Positions 45,521-55,026 of a stretch of DNA of 64,000 nucleotides are shown here, piece by piece (positions within the stretch are counted from its first letter, which is position 1; each line of letters begins with the position of its first letter). The position numbers and the translations under genes are program-made. The notes beneath the pieces are model-generated. The model worked only from the letters and a program-made list of their open reading frames with translations, had not been told where the DNA came from and did no database searches. Source of the DNA: Acidimicrobiales bacterium (GTDB taxonomy: Bacteria > Actinomycetota > Acidimicrobiia > Acidimicrobiales > Aldehydirespiratoraceae). The stretch is from positions 7 to 64,006 of the forward strand of contig JAJCXZ010000051.1 of NCBI GenBank assembly GCA_029263175.1, read 5' to 3'.

Positions 45521-46632
45521 AAACAAAGTTCGCGTTGTTAGCGATCCTTGCCATGTTCGCCGCGGCATGCGGCGACGACGGCGGGACCGATGCTGCATCA
45601 GCGGCGGCCGATTGCGAGCCGGGCGAGACCGACGGCGATTTGTCCTTCTACAACTGGGCCGAGTACATGGACCCAGCGCTGATCGACCAGTTCGAAGCCG
45701 AAGCCGGAATCAGCGTCGAGTACACCGAGTACGAATCGAACGAGCAAATGCTCGCGCAAATCGAGGCCGGGGCCGCCACCTACGACCTCGTTGTGCCGTC
45801 TGACTACATGGTCGACACGATGCGCCAGGAGAACCTGCTGGTCCCGCTCAACTTCGATGCCATCCCGAATGTCGCGAACATCGGCGACGAGTGGACCGGT
45901 CCGCCGTTTGACCCGGACAACGAGTTCCACGTCGCCTACCAGTGGGGCACCACCGGCCTTGGCATCAGCTATGACGCCTGGGCCGCACTGGGTGATGAGG
46001 AGCCGACATGGGGTTGGGTCTTCGATCCCGAGCTCAGCGGGCAGGTGGCCGGTGGCGTGGCGATGTTGGACGACGCTCCTGAGGCGATGTCCGCGGCGCT
46101 CAAGTACCTGGGCTACAGCATCGGCGACGTCATGACCAGTGGTAACGAAGACGCGATCCGCGAAGCCGGAGCGCTGCTCAAGGAAACCAACGACAGGCTG
46201 ACCAAGTACGACTCGGTCAGCTACGCGGACGACTTGGTCAACGGCGAGGTCGACGTCGCCCACGGCTGGAGTGGTGGCTTTGCCGCCTCCCTCTTCGAGG
46301 CCGATGCCTACGAGACTCACGTGTATCTCATTCCCAAGGAAGGCGCAGTGCGCTGGGTGGACACCATGGCGATCCCCACCACGGTCGAGGCCGTGTGCTC
46401 GGCGCACGCCATGATGAACTTCCTGCTCGACGCCGAGAATGGTGCGGCCCTGACGAACTTCGTCTACTACGCCAGCCCGAACGAGGCTGCTATTCCATAC
46501 ATCCTTCCCGAGATCCTCGAGGACCCGGGTATCTATCCCGACGCCGCCACCATGGCCAAGCTGGAGTTCATTCCGCAGGCCGGCGACCTCGGCCTGCTGA
46601 TCCAGGACCTCTTCACCGAGGCCAAGGGCTGA
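45517..46632 (+). CDS. lipoprotein substrate-binding protein, PotD/PhnS-like family
   Basis: It has the lipobox MFAAACGDDGG and a PotD-type pattern (SFYNWAEYMDP, YDLVVPSDYM, YQWGTTG). The ligand cannot be read from the sequence. Confidence 0.88.
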   Translation: MKTKFALLAILAMFAAACGDDGGTDAASAAADCEPGETDGDLSFYNWAEYMDPALIDQFEAEAGISVEYTEYESNEQMLAQIEAGAATYDLVVPSDYMVDTMRQENLLVPLNFDAIPNVANIGDEWTGPPFDPDNEFHVAYQWGTTGLGISYDAWAALGDEEPTWGWVFDPELSGQVAGGVAMLDDAPEAMSAALKYLGYSIGDVMTSGNEDAIREAGALLKETNDRLTKYDSVSYADDLVNGEVDVAHGWSGGFAASLFEADAYETHVYLIPKEGAVRWVDTMAIPTTVEAVCSAHAMMNFLLDAENGAALTNFVYYASPNEAAIPYILPEILEDPGIYPDAATMAKLEFIPQAGDLGLLIQDLFTEAKG

Positions 46633-46651
46633 CGCTCAAAGAGACTGACTG

Positions 46652-46687
46652 CGGGCCGGCGCTCCTCGAAAGAGGGACGCCGGCCCG
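46652..46687. terminator. bidirectional hairpin between convergent genes (about 15-bp stem, GAAA loop)
   Basis: CGGGCCGGCGCTCCTC-GAAA-GAGGGACGCCGGCCCG with one mismatch and one G-U pair. It sits between the SBP stop (46632) and the amidase stop (46696). No U-tract. Confidence 0.55.
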
Positions 46688-46695
46688 TCGCCGTT

Positions 46696-48126
46696 CTAGA
46701 TCTGCGGCCGCCGGGCTGCGGTGTCGAGCCACGGCTGCAGTTGTTCCAGCGCGGTGCCAACACGGAACACCGTGGCATCGTCGTAGGCCTGACCCACGAT
46801 CTGTACACCGGTAGGCATGCCGTTGTCGGCGAACCCACTCGGCACCGACAGCACGGGGTTGCGACTACAGATGTTGAACGGCAGCGTGCAGACGCCGTCC
46901 ATGTAGTCGTCGAGTTCCGCCCCGTCGACCGTGAGCCGGTTGTCGATGTAGCTCTCCCCCGCCACCATGCCGCGGGTCGCAACGGTGGGGCAGATCAACG
47001 CGTCATAGCCAGCCAAGAGACCACCGACGGCTGCCTGAATCTCGGCCAGGAGTATTTGTTCTTCGTAGAAGGACCCTGTCTCCGCCGCAACTTTGCACTG
47101 CTCGACGAAGGCGACCGTGTAGTCGTTGGCCAGCTCTCTGGCGCCCGGTTCAAGTACGGGTTCGGCCTCGGCCGCCATCATCTGGCTGAAGTGCATGAGC
47201 GCCACCCGATTGACGGCGGCCAGGGTGAACGGAAGGTCGACTTCCTCGACGATTGCTCCCGCGTTGCGAAGGGCCGCGCCGGTTGCCGCGGTGTTGGCGA
47301 CAATCTCCGGATCGATCCGCCAGTCGGCGAATGCCGGACTCAACGCGATTCGCATTCCTTCGACCGAGTCGTGCGCGGAGGGCAGCATCAGCGCAGGTCG
47401 CAGCGACACGTGATCGCTGGGGTGCGGACCTACCACCACGTTCTGCAATAGCGCCGTGTCAGCCACCGTGCGCGCCATCGGACCCACCGCGCAGAATGTG
47501 TCGAGGTTGAACGGAGCGTCCTGTGGCACGCGGCCGTAGGGCGGGCGGAACCCCACGACGCCGTTGATGCTCGCCGGAATACGAATGGATCCGCCGATGT
47601 CGGAGCCGCTGGCGAGGATGGTCGTGCCCGCCGCGAGCGCTGCCCCTGAACCTCCCGATGAACCGCCGACTGCGTAGTCGGGATTCCACGGGTTGCGAGT
47701 GACGCCATACATCTTCGAGTGAGTGAAGCCAGCGCACGAGAACTCCGGTGCTGTGGATCGAGCGTGGACGATCGCTCCCGCGTCGATCATGCGCTGGGCG
47801 AAGACCGAGCTCTCCTCAGCGATGTCGTCCTTGAAGAGGAGCGACCCGAAGCGGAGCGGATGGCCGGCAACCGCCTCTTCTTCCTTGATGGCGAGAGGGA
47901 TCCCCTCAAGCGGGCGAGGCTGCGGACCATTGCCGGCATAGCGAGCTTCGGCTTCGCGGGCCTGAGCCATGGCCCCCTCGTCGTCGCGCAGGCACAGTGC
48001 GTTGATGGTCGGCTCGATCGCATCAGCGCGGTCGATCACGGCTTGCATCAAGTCGACGGGCGACAACGAGCCATCCCGAAAGGCGGCCAAGGCCGTTGTT
48101 GCTGGCAAATAGTGAAGTTCAGTCAC
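46696..48126 (-). CDS. amidase (amidase-signature family)
   Basis: 476-aa ORF with GGSSGGSGAALAAG and the GSDIGGSIRIPA signature. Confidence 0.92.
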   Translation of the reverse strand: MTELHYLPATTALAAFRDGSLSPVDLMQAVIDRADAIEPTINALCLRDDEGAMAQAREAEARYAGNGPQPRPLEGIPLAIKEEEAVAGHPLRFGSLLFKDDIAEESSVFAQRMIDAGAIVHARSTAPEFSCAGFTHSKMYGVTRNPWNPDYAVGGSSGGSGAALAAGTTILASGSDIGGSIRIPASINGVVGFRPPYGRVPQDAPFNLDTFCAVGPMARTVADTALLQNVVVGPHPSDHVSLRPALMLPSAHDSVEGMRIALSPAFADWRIDPEIVANTAATGAALRNAGAIVEEVDLPFTLAAVNRVALMHFSQMMAAEAEPVLEPGARELANDYTVAFVEQCKVAAETGSFYEEQILLAEIQAAVGGLLAGYDALICPTVATRGMVAGESYIDNRLTVDGAELDDYMDGVCTLPFNICSRNPVLSVPSGFADNGMPTGVQIVGQAYDDATVFRVGTALEQLQPWLDTAARRPQI

Positions 48127-48160
48127 GGAGCTTCCTGTCTCTTCGCTCTCGCTGGTGGAG

Positions 48161-48616
48161 TCACATCGTTCCCCAGTCGTAGTTCTGCTGCACCATCCGG
48201 AGGTACGTCATGACTTCCACGTGATTGACCTCGCCGAGATCCCGGATCTGGTTGCTGACCTCGATCAACTGCTGTGTGTCTCGACACACGATCTCGGCCA
48301 ACACGTCGAATCGCCCGGTTGTCATCACGGTGTAGTCCACCGCCGCAATCTGGCTGATCTTCTCTGCGGTCGTGTCGTGCGCGCCGCACACATTGATGCC
48401 GACCATTGCCTGGATCGGGTATCCGAGCGACACCGGGTCGGTGACCGCCACGATCTGGATCACGCCACGATCCTGCAGCCGGTTCACCCGTTGACGAACC
48501 GCTGCTTCGGAGAGCCCGACCTGGGGAGCGAGGCGACTGTAGGCGGCTCGCCCATCGACTTGGAGTTCGCTGATGATCGCCTTGTCGACATCGTCGAGTT
48601 CGTGGCGAACCGTCAC
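48161..48616 (-). CDS. Lrp/AsnC-family transcriptional regulator (paralog of 42203..42661)
   Basis: 151-aa ORF with LDDVDKAIISELQVDGRAAYSRLAPQVGLSEAAVRQRVNRL. It overlaps the upstream aminotransferase stop by 4 nt. Confidence 0.9.
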   Translation of the reverse strand: MTVRHELDDVDKAIISELQVDGRAAYSRLAPQVGLSEAAVRQRVNRLQDRGVIQIVAVTDPVSLGYPIQAMVGINVCGAHDTTAEKISQIAAVDYTVMTTGRFDVLAEIVCRDTQQLIEVSNQIRDLGEVNHVEVMTYLRMVQQNYDWGTM

Positions 48617-49983
48617 GAGGGCTTCTCCATCTCCGCCATTGCCTCCGTGAGCGTCTGGCGGAGGATCCGGTTCATGATCTCGAACTCCTCGGGACCGGCA
48701 ATGAGCGGTGGTGAGAGCTGGATGACCGGCTCGCCTCGGCTGTCGGCTCGGCAGATGAGGCCGAGTTCGGCGAGCCGCAGCGAAAGAAAACCGCGGATCA
48801 AGCGCTGACTCTCCTCGTAGCTGAAGGACTCCTTGGTCTCGCGATCCTTCACCAACTCGATGCCGTAGAAGTACCCCATTCCCCGCACATCGCCGACGAT
48901 CGGGAGATCGGCGAGATCGTCGAGGGAAGAGCGGAACGCCGCCTCATTGGCCATGACGTTGCCGCAGAGATCCTCCTTCTCGAAGATGTCGAGGTTGGCG
49001 AGTGCCACCGCACAACTGACAGGGTGGCCGGCGAATGTGTAGCCGTGGAGGAACTGCTCGTCGGTGCCGTTGAACGGCTCGGCGAGCTTGTCGCTCACGA
49101 GCATGGCGCCAAGGGGCGCATAGCCGGAGGTGAGTCCCTTTGCACTGGTGATGATGTCGGGCTGGTATCCGAGGCGTTCCGAGCCAAACATCGCTCCGAT
49201 GCGGCCATAGGCACAGATGACTTCATCGCTGACCAACAACACTCCGTGTGTGTCACAGATCTCGCGCACACGCGTGAAGTAGCCATCGGGGGGCACGAAA
49301 CACCCGCCGGCGTTCTGAACCGGCTCGAGAAAGACCGCCGCGATCGTCTCGGGTCCTTCGCGAAGAATCGCCTGCTCGATCTCCTCCGCGAAATACGACT
49401 CGTCCTTTGCGTGCTCAGGAATGCGGTACATGTCGGTGTGAGGGACCTTGATGGCGCCCGGTACCAGCGGTTCGAATGGACCTTTCACCGCGGCGAGGCC
49501 GGTGATCGACAAGGCGCCCATCGAGGTGCCGTGATAGCTGAGGTTGCGGCTGATCACCTTGGTTCGCAGCGGCTCACCCATGAGCTTGAAGTACTGGCGG
49601 GCCAGTTTCCACGCGGACTCAACCGCCTCGGAGCCGCCGCTGGTGAAGAACACCCGGTTGAGATCGCCCGGGGCCAGCGCGGCAAGACGGGCGGCGAGCT
49701 CTACGGCTTTGGGATGCGCATACGTCCAGATCGGGAAGAAGCCGAGCGTGGCGGCCTGTGCACCCGCTGCTTCGGCGAGCTCTGTTCGCCCGTAGCCGAC
49801 CTGGGTGGTGTAGAGACCGGCGAGCCCGTCGAGGAACTTCTTGCCATGGTTGTCCCAGACATAGCAACCATCACCACGCTCGATGATCGGCATGCCGTCG
49901 ACACTGCGCCCGAGGGACGAGAAGTGTCCCCAGAGGTGGCGATCGGCTTGCTCCGCAAGTGAGGCATTGTCTTGTGACGACAT
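48613..49983 (-). CDS. class III (omega) aminotransferase
   Basis: 456-aa ORF with FTSGGSEAVE, LVSDEVICAYGRIG and TSAKGLTSGY (PLP-Lys). Confidence 0.92.
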   Translation of the reverse strand: MSSQDNASLAEQADRHLWGHFSSLGRSVDGMPIIERGDGCYVWDNHGKKFLDGLAGLYTTQVGYGRTELAEAAGAQAATLGFFPIWTYAHPKAVELAARLAALAPGDLNRVFFTSGGSEAVESAWKLARQYFKLMGEPLRTKVISRNLSYHGTSMGALSITGLAAVKGPFEPLVPGAIKVPHTDMYRIPEHAKDESYFAEEIEQAILREGPETIAAVFLEPVQNAGGCFVPPDGYFTRVREICDTHGVLLVSDEVICAYGRIGAMFGSERLGYQPDIITSAKGLTSGYAPLGAMLVSDKLAEPFNGTDEQFLHGYTFAGHPVSCAVALANLDIFEKEDLCGNVMANEAAFRSSLDDLADLPIVGDVRGMGYFYGIELVKDRETKESFSYEESQRLIRGFLSLRLAELGLICRADSRGEPVIQLSPPLIAGPEEFEIMNRILRQTLTEAMAEMEKPS

Positions 49984-50019
49984 TCACATCCCTTTCCGTG
50001 AGCACGGATTCAATACCAA

Positions 50020-50032
50020 ATTGCCAGGCAAT
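50020..50032. promoter_or_regulatory. 13-bp palindrome ATTGCCAGGCAAT in an AT-richer divergent intergenic region
   Basis: Read directly from the sequence. It lies between the aminotransferase-Lrp-amidase operon start (49983) and the C45 operon start (50081). A further TTGCC copy sits at 50045-50049. Confidence 0.3.
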
Positions 50033-50080
50033 GCAACCGAATCAGTTGCCAAACTTGTCACCGGCGATCAGAATGCCCAG

Positions 50081-51169
50081 ATGCGTCGCCCACCGATTCG
50101 TGTCCTCGACATTTCCGGAACCCCCGAGGAGATGGGCCACACTCACGGCTCTGCCTTCGGCGAGGAGATCCGGTACTACACCGGAGAACGGGTCGCATTG
50201 GTCATGAGCGGACTCTGGTCCGGCGGCCCTATGAGCCGTGGCGACGTGCTCGATCTTGCCGAGTCGATGCTCCCTGCCCACGAGTCCCACTCCTCCACGC
50301 TGTACGCCGAGATGTGTGCGATGGCCACCGCAGCAGGGATCACTCCTGCTGAGGCGATCGTTGTCGGCGGCTTCACCGACTTCGTCGATGCAGTCCGCGC
50401 CGAGGTGGGAGGACGTCATCCCGAAACCGTGCTGGAGGACGACTGCACCTCCGTCATTGTTCCCGATCATCGCGCTGACGGCGCCGGCTTCTTCGCCCAG
50501 ACCTGGGACATGCACGACACCGCCACCGACCATGTCCTCCTGCTCCGGACGAAACCGGCGGACGCGCCAGCCGCCCTCGTCTTCACCACCACTGGAGCGA
50601 TGGGCCAGATCGGGATGAGCGAAAACGGCGTCTGCGTCGGCATCAACAACCTCGTGGCCACCGATGGCACACCAGGCGTCACCTGGACGCAGGTCGTTCG
50701 CCACGCGCTCGAACAGGACTCCGCCGCGGCCGCACGAGATGCCGTGCTCGACGCCGATCTTGCCGGCGGCCACAACTACCTTCTCTTCGATGCTCAGGGC
50801 GACGGCTACAACGTCGAGGCGATGCCCACGGCACGACCGGTCACGAAGCTGGACCAGGCAGCCATCGCGCACACCAATCACACGCTCACCGACGAAACCT
50901 GTGCGGTGCAAGGCCCCCGGGCCGACGCGCTTCAGGATTCCTCGAAACGACGGTTGTCCACCGCGGAAGCCCTTCTCGACCGTGAGGGTGTCACCGCCGA
51001 CGATCTGATGGCATTGACCCGCGAGCCGGACGCGATCTGCCAGGTAGCCGTTGAGCCCTATCTCGTCGAGTCGTCGGGAGCCGCTATCATGCGCCCCAGG
51101 ACCAGGGAGTTCTGGGCGGTCTGGGGCCTTCCCAAGGACAACGATTTCCAGAAGGTCGCCTTCCCGTGA
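50081..51169 (+). CDS. peptidase C45 / acyl-CoA:6-aminopenicillanic-acid acyltransferase-like Ntn hydrolase
   Basis: Start at ATG 50081 (MRRPPIRVLDISGTPEEMGHTHG). It has the DDCTS nucleophile context and FAQTWDM, GMSENGVCVGINNL and HTNH blocks. Confidence 0.78.
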   Translation: MRRPPIRVLDISGTPEEMGHTHGSAFGEEIRYYTGERVALVMSGLWSGGPMSRGDVLDLAESMLPAHESHSSTLYAEMCAMATAAGITPAEAIVVGGFTDFVDAVRAEVGGRHPETVLEDDCTSVIVPDHRADGAGFFAQTWDMHDTATDHVLLLRTKPADAPAALVFTTTGAMGQIGMSENGVCVGINNLVATDGTPGVTWTQVVRHALEQDSAAAARDAVLDADLAGGHNYLLFDAQGDGYNVEAMPTARPVTKLDQAAIAHTNHTLTDETCAVQGPRADALQDSSKRRLSTAEALLDREGVTADDLMALTREPDAICQVAVEPYLVESSGAAIMRPRTREFWAVWGLPKDNDFQKVAFP

Positions 51170-51813
51170 GCGATACGATCGTCGAAAAATCCGGCCTTCG
51201 CTACGTACATCTCGGGGTCGACCACGCCGAGGCACTCGAGCGGCTGGAGCTCTCCGTATTCGACACGATCGACCCGAGCGACCTCTACGACGCCGCCGAG
51301 CTCCACCGCTTGGCCGAAGTGTTTCCCGAAGGCAACTTTGTGGTACTCGACGGCGACAAAACCATCGGCATGGGACTCGGGCTGTTTGTCGAGTTCGACT
51401 TCGAGCACACCGATCATCGCCTCGCAGACATCACCGGCGAGGACGGCGTCTCCAATCATTCGATGGATCATCCGTGGTACTACGGGACCGACATCTCGGT
51501 GTACCCCGAGTACCGCGGCCGCGGTATCGGTCGGCAGCTCTACGAACTGCGAAAGGGATGTGTCCGCCAGTTCAACAAGTTGGGCATCGTCGCGGGTGGC
51601 GTCATCCCCGGCTTCCGCGACCACAAGGCCGACATGAGCGCCGAGGAATACGTCGCCAAGGTCGTCGCCGGCGAGCTGTACGACCCCACCACGACGTTTC
51701 AGATGGAGAACGGATTCGAGGTCCTCGGCGTGCTCTCCGGGTACGTCGACGACTCCAGCGTCGACGGCTACTCCACCCTCATCCGTTGGACCAATCCCGA
51801 CTACCGGACATGA
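51166..51813 (+). CDS. GNAT-family N-acetyltransferase
   Basis: GTG start overlapping the upstream stop. It has the YPEYRGRGIGRQLYE acetyl-CoA-binding motif. Confidence 0.8.
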   Translation: MSDTIVEKSGLRYVHLGVDHAEALERLELSVFDTIDPSDLYDAAELHRLAEVFPEGNFVVLDGDKTIGMGLGLFVEFDFEHTDHRLADITGEDGVSNHSMDHPWYYGTDISVYPEYRGRGIGRQLYELRKGCVRQFNKLGIVAGGVIPGFRDHKADMSAEEYVAKVVAGELYDPTTTFQMENGFEVLGVLSGYVDDSSVDGYSTLIRWTNPDYRT

Positions 51814-52148
51814 GCAAACCAACCACCACCTCCGTCGCCGAACTGCTGGCCGCCCTTGTCCCGGATCCCGACAAGCCCGCAGGACTCACCGGTGAGTGGG
51901 GAGTTGCCGCGTTCACCGAGGGCACACTCGAGAGCGGAGTCTGGAGCGCCACCGTCGATGTCTGGGACGAAGACGACTATCCGGTCAACGAGGTGATCGT
52001 GATGATCCGCGGGCACCTTCGCATCACCGAGCCGGACGGAACGGCCACCGACCTTCGCCGCGGCGACATGTATCACTTCCCCAAGGGCTGGGCCGGCCGC
52101 TGGGAAGTCCTCGATGACATGCAGAAGATCTACTTCATCATCGAATGA
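51810..52148 (+). CDS. cupin domain protein (DUF861/EutQ-like)
   Basis: ATG 51810 overlaps the GNAT stop (ATGA). The 112-aa product has VIVMIRGHLRITEPDG...GDMYHFPKGWAGRWEV. Confidence 0.75.
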   Translation: MSKPTTTSVAELLAALVPDPDKPAGLTGEWGVAAFTEGTLESGVWSATVDVWDEDDYPVNEVIVMIRGHLRITEPDGTATDLRRGDMYHFPKGWAGRWEVLDDMQKIYFIIE

Positions 52149-53545
52149 CGCCCCGAGACACCAAGGCGCTGATCGCCGCCGCCGAGCCCGCCGTCTTCTG
52201 GTCGGACAACCCCGATGCTCCAGAGCCACGGCCGCCCCTTCGGGGGCCGCTGACTGCCGACCTCTGTATCGTTGGTGCCGGCTTCACCGGCCTGTGGGCC
52301 GCGCTGCAAGCACTGGAAGAGGACCCTGCCCGTCGGGTGGTGCTCCTGGAGGCCGAGACGGTCGCGTTCGGAGCATCGAGTCGCAACGGCGGTTTCTGCG
52401 AAGCGTCGCTCACCCATGGATTCTTCAACGGCCTCTCGCACTGGGCCCAGGACCTGGCGATCCTCGAACGGATGGGCGCCGACAACCTCGACGCGATCAT
52501 CGACACCACCCGTCGCCACGGGATCGAGGCCGACATTCGTCGCACCGATCAGGTCTCGCTCGCTCTCACCGGCTGGCAGGTCGATGCCCTGGCCGAGGGG
52601 GCCAAGATCTACGCCGACCACGATGTCTCCCACACACTGCTCGACGCCGATGGCGCTCGGGCCGTGGCCGACTCCCCCACCTATCTGGGCGCACTCGTCG
52701 ACCACGGGTCGCTGGCACTCGTCGACCCGGCGCGGCTGGCGTGGGGGCTTCGCGATGCCGTGCTCGCGCTGGGTGCCTCGCTCTACGAACGCAGCCGAGT
52801 CACCTCGATCACCGACGCTGGTAGTTCGCTGACTGTCTCCACCGGAGCGGGAGAAGTGAGCGCCGATCGGGTTGTGGTGGCCACCAATGCCTGGGCCGAA
52901 CCGGTCCGCCAGATGCGCCGCTACATCGTGCCCATCTATGACCACGTGCTCATGACCGAGCCGTTGAGCGGCACCCAAATGGCCGAGATCGGGTGGGAGG
53001 ACCGCCAAGGTCTCGCCGATGCCGCCAACCAGTTCCACTACTACCGGCTCACCTCGGACAACCGAATCCTGTGGGGTGGCTACGACGCCAACTACTACTT
53101 CGGCAACGGCATGGGGCCCTCGTACGAGAACCGGACGGCCAGCCATGAGTTGATCGCCGACCATTTCTTCGACACATTTCCCCAGTTGGAAGGCCTCGGG
53201 TTCTCCCACCGATGGGCGGGCCCGATTGGCACGACATCAAAGTTCGCGGCTGCGTTCGGGTGCCGCTACGACGACAAGTTGGCATGGGCAGCCGGCTACA
53301 CCGGCCTTGGCGTAGGTGCCAGCCGGTTCGGTGCCCGCGTTGCCCTCGATCTCGTCGATGGCCTCGATACCGAGCGAACCCAGCTCGAGATGGTGCGCAA
53401 GAAGCCGATGCCGTTTCCGCCCGAGCCGCTGCGGAGCCTGGCCATTCAAGCGACACGGCGGGCAATCGCCAAATCCGACCGAACCGGCCGTCCTGGTCCG
53501 CTGCTGCGAACACTCGAACGATTCGGTGTCGGTTTCGACAGCTGA
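52145..53545 (+). CDS. FAD-dependent oxidoreductase (DAO family, PuuB-like)
   Basis: It has DLCIVGAGFTGLWAAL (GxGxxG). Length and pattern match amine-oxidising DAO-type enzymes. It overlaps the cupin stop by 4 nt. Confidence 0.88.
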   Translation: MTPRDTKALIAAAEPAVFWSDNPDAPEPRPPLRGPLTADLCIVGAGFTGLWAALQALEEDPARRVVLLEAETVAFGASSRNGGFCEASLTHGFFNGLSHWAQDLAILERMGADNLDAIIDTTRRHGIEADIRRTDQVSLALTGWQVDALAEGAKIYADHDVSHTLLDADGARAVADSPTYLGALVDHGSLALVDPARLAWGLRDAVLALGASLYERSRVTSITDAGSSLTVSTGAGEVSADRVVVATNAWAEPVRQMRRYIVPIYDHVLMTEPLSGTQMAEIGWEDRQGLADAANQFHYYRLTSDNRILWGGYDANYYFGNGMGPSYENRTASHELIADHFFDTFPQLEGLGFSHRWAGPIGTTSKFAAAFGCRYDDKLAWAAGYTGLGVGASRFGARVALDLVDGLDTERTQLEMVRKKPMPFPPEPLRSLAIQATRRAIAKSDRTGRPGPLLRTLERFGVGFDS

Positions 53546-53550
53546 TGGGC

Positions 53551-54939
53551 TCAGCTGCCTCGCAGCCAGCGCGAAAGCCTGATGGCGCTCTTCGCCTCTC
53601 GACCCTTGTCCTCGGTGGCGTCTGCGCCGGCCATGATGAGACGGCTGCCTCGAACGCCCAGCCATCGGAGTGGTTCGGGCTCCCATGATCGCGACCGGTG
53701 GCCGACCCACGGGAGATCGGTGCGCTCGGTCTCGACCCCGACGATGAGTTCGGCGAGCGTGCGTCCAGCGAGATTGCTCGGCGCAACACCTTCGCCGACA
53801 TAGCCGCCGGCCTCCGCAATGCCCGACGCTCGGTCGTGGCGAACGAAGGGGGTCCAATCTCGCGAGACCCCGAGCACGCCACCCCATCGATGGGTGATTC
53901 TGGTGTCGGCCAGAACCGGGAAGAGATCGACCAGCGCTTCGTGAATCAACCGGTGTGAGTCGCCACGTACCTCGGCGGCGGGATCGATCTTCGACCCGAA
54001 CAGGTAGGGGACCCCCCGACCGCCGAAGGCGATACGGCCGTCCTCGGTGCGCTGGCCGTAGATGACCATGTATCGATCGTCGGCAAATGTCGGGCGCTCG
54101 TGCAGACCGATTTGGTCAAGCGTCACCTCGTCGAGGGGTTCGGTGGCGATCATTCGCGAATAGACCGGGACCATGCGCCGCCGCTGACCCTCGAGCTCAC
54201 AGGTGTAGGCCTCGGTTGCCTGCACCACGGTGTTGGCGGACACGATGCCGCGGTCGGTCACGACAATCCCCGGCTCCACCGATTCGGCGGCCGTGCGCTC
54301 AACGATGACCACACCCAGATCCTCGCAAACCGCGGCGAGCCCGGTCACCAGCCGGGCAGGGTCAACCGCCGCAGTGTGGGCAAACCAGATCCCACCGAGA
54401 ACGCTGGTGGCGTCACACATCTGGCGAGCCTCTGTCGCGCCAAGCAGCCGGAAGTCGTTGTCGTCGAGCCCGAGACCGTGGTGATGAGCGACCTCAGCGA
54501 TCTGGCGGGTCTGCTGCGGCTGGTTGCGCGCAAGCCGGATTGTGCCGCCCTTGGCATAGCCGCAATCAATCCCGCGCTCTGCCACCACGCGACCGATCTC
54601 GTCGACCGAGTCGAATACGGCGCGGGTCAGGCGGAGGGATTCCTCGAGTGACGACCGACGGGCGTACTTCTCGATCCCCGCGGCCAGTTCCCCGACGGCC
54701 CAGCCACCGTTGCGTCCCGACGCACCGAAGCCGACATGCTCGCGTTCGACCACGAGGATCGAGAGAGTCGGGTCAAGAGTCTTCAGGTAGTAGGCCGTCC
54801 AGAGGCCGGTGAAACCTGCGCCGACGACCACCACGTCGACTGACACATCACCGTTCAGCGCTGCTCGTTGTGTGAGTCCGCCAGGCAGCTCATCGAGCCA
54901 CATCGACTGCCCTCGATTCATGATCGCAGCCTGCCACAT
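53551..54939 (-). CDS. FAD-dependent oxidoreductase (DAO family), convergent paralog
   Basis: It has VDVVVVGAGFTGLWTAYYL and the same family pattern as 52145..53545. Confidence 0.88.
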   Translation of the reverse strand: MWQAAIMNRGQSMWLDELPGGLTQRAALNGDVSVDVVVVGAGFTGLWTAYYLKTLDPTLSILVVEREHVGFGASGRNGGWAVGELAAGIEKYARRSSLEESLRLTRAVFDSVDEIGRVVAERGIDCGYAKGGTIRLARNQPQQTRQIAEVAHHHGLGLDDNDFRLLGATEARQMCDATSVLGGIWFAHTAAVDPARLVTGLAAVCEDLGVVIVERTAAESVEPGIVVTDRGIVSANTVVQATEAYTCELEGQRRRMVPVYSRMIATEPLDEVTLDQIGLHERPTFADDRYMVIYGQRTEDGRIAFGGRGVPYLFGSKIDPAAEVRGDSHRLIHEALVDLFPVLADTRITHRWGGVLGVSRDWTPFVRHDRASGIAEAGGYVGEGVAPSNLAGRTLAELIVGVETERTDLPWVGHRSRSWEPEPLRWLGVRGSRLIMAGADATEDKGREAKSAIRLSRWLRGS

Positions 54940-55026
54940 GCGCCTACGCTGCGGGCGACATGGGAGTAGAGTCGCATCCCTGCGACGCGATATGACTCTC
55001 GCCGTCGGCTACCGATTGGTCATCTC

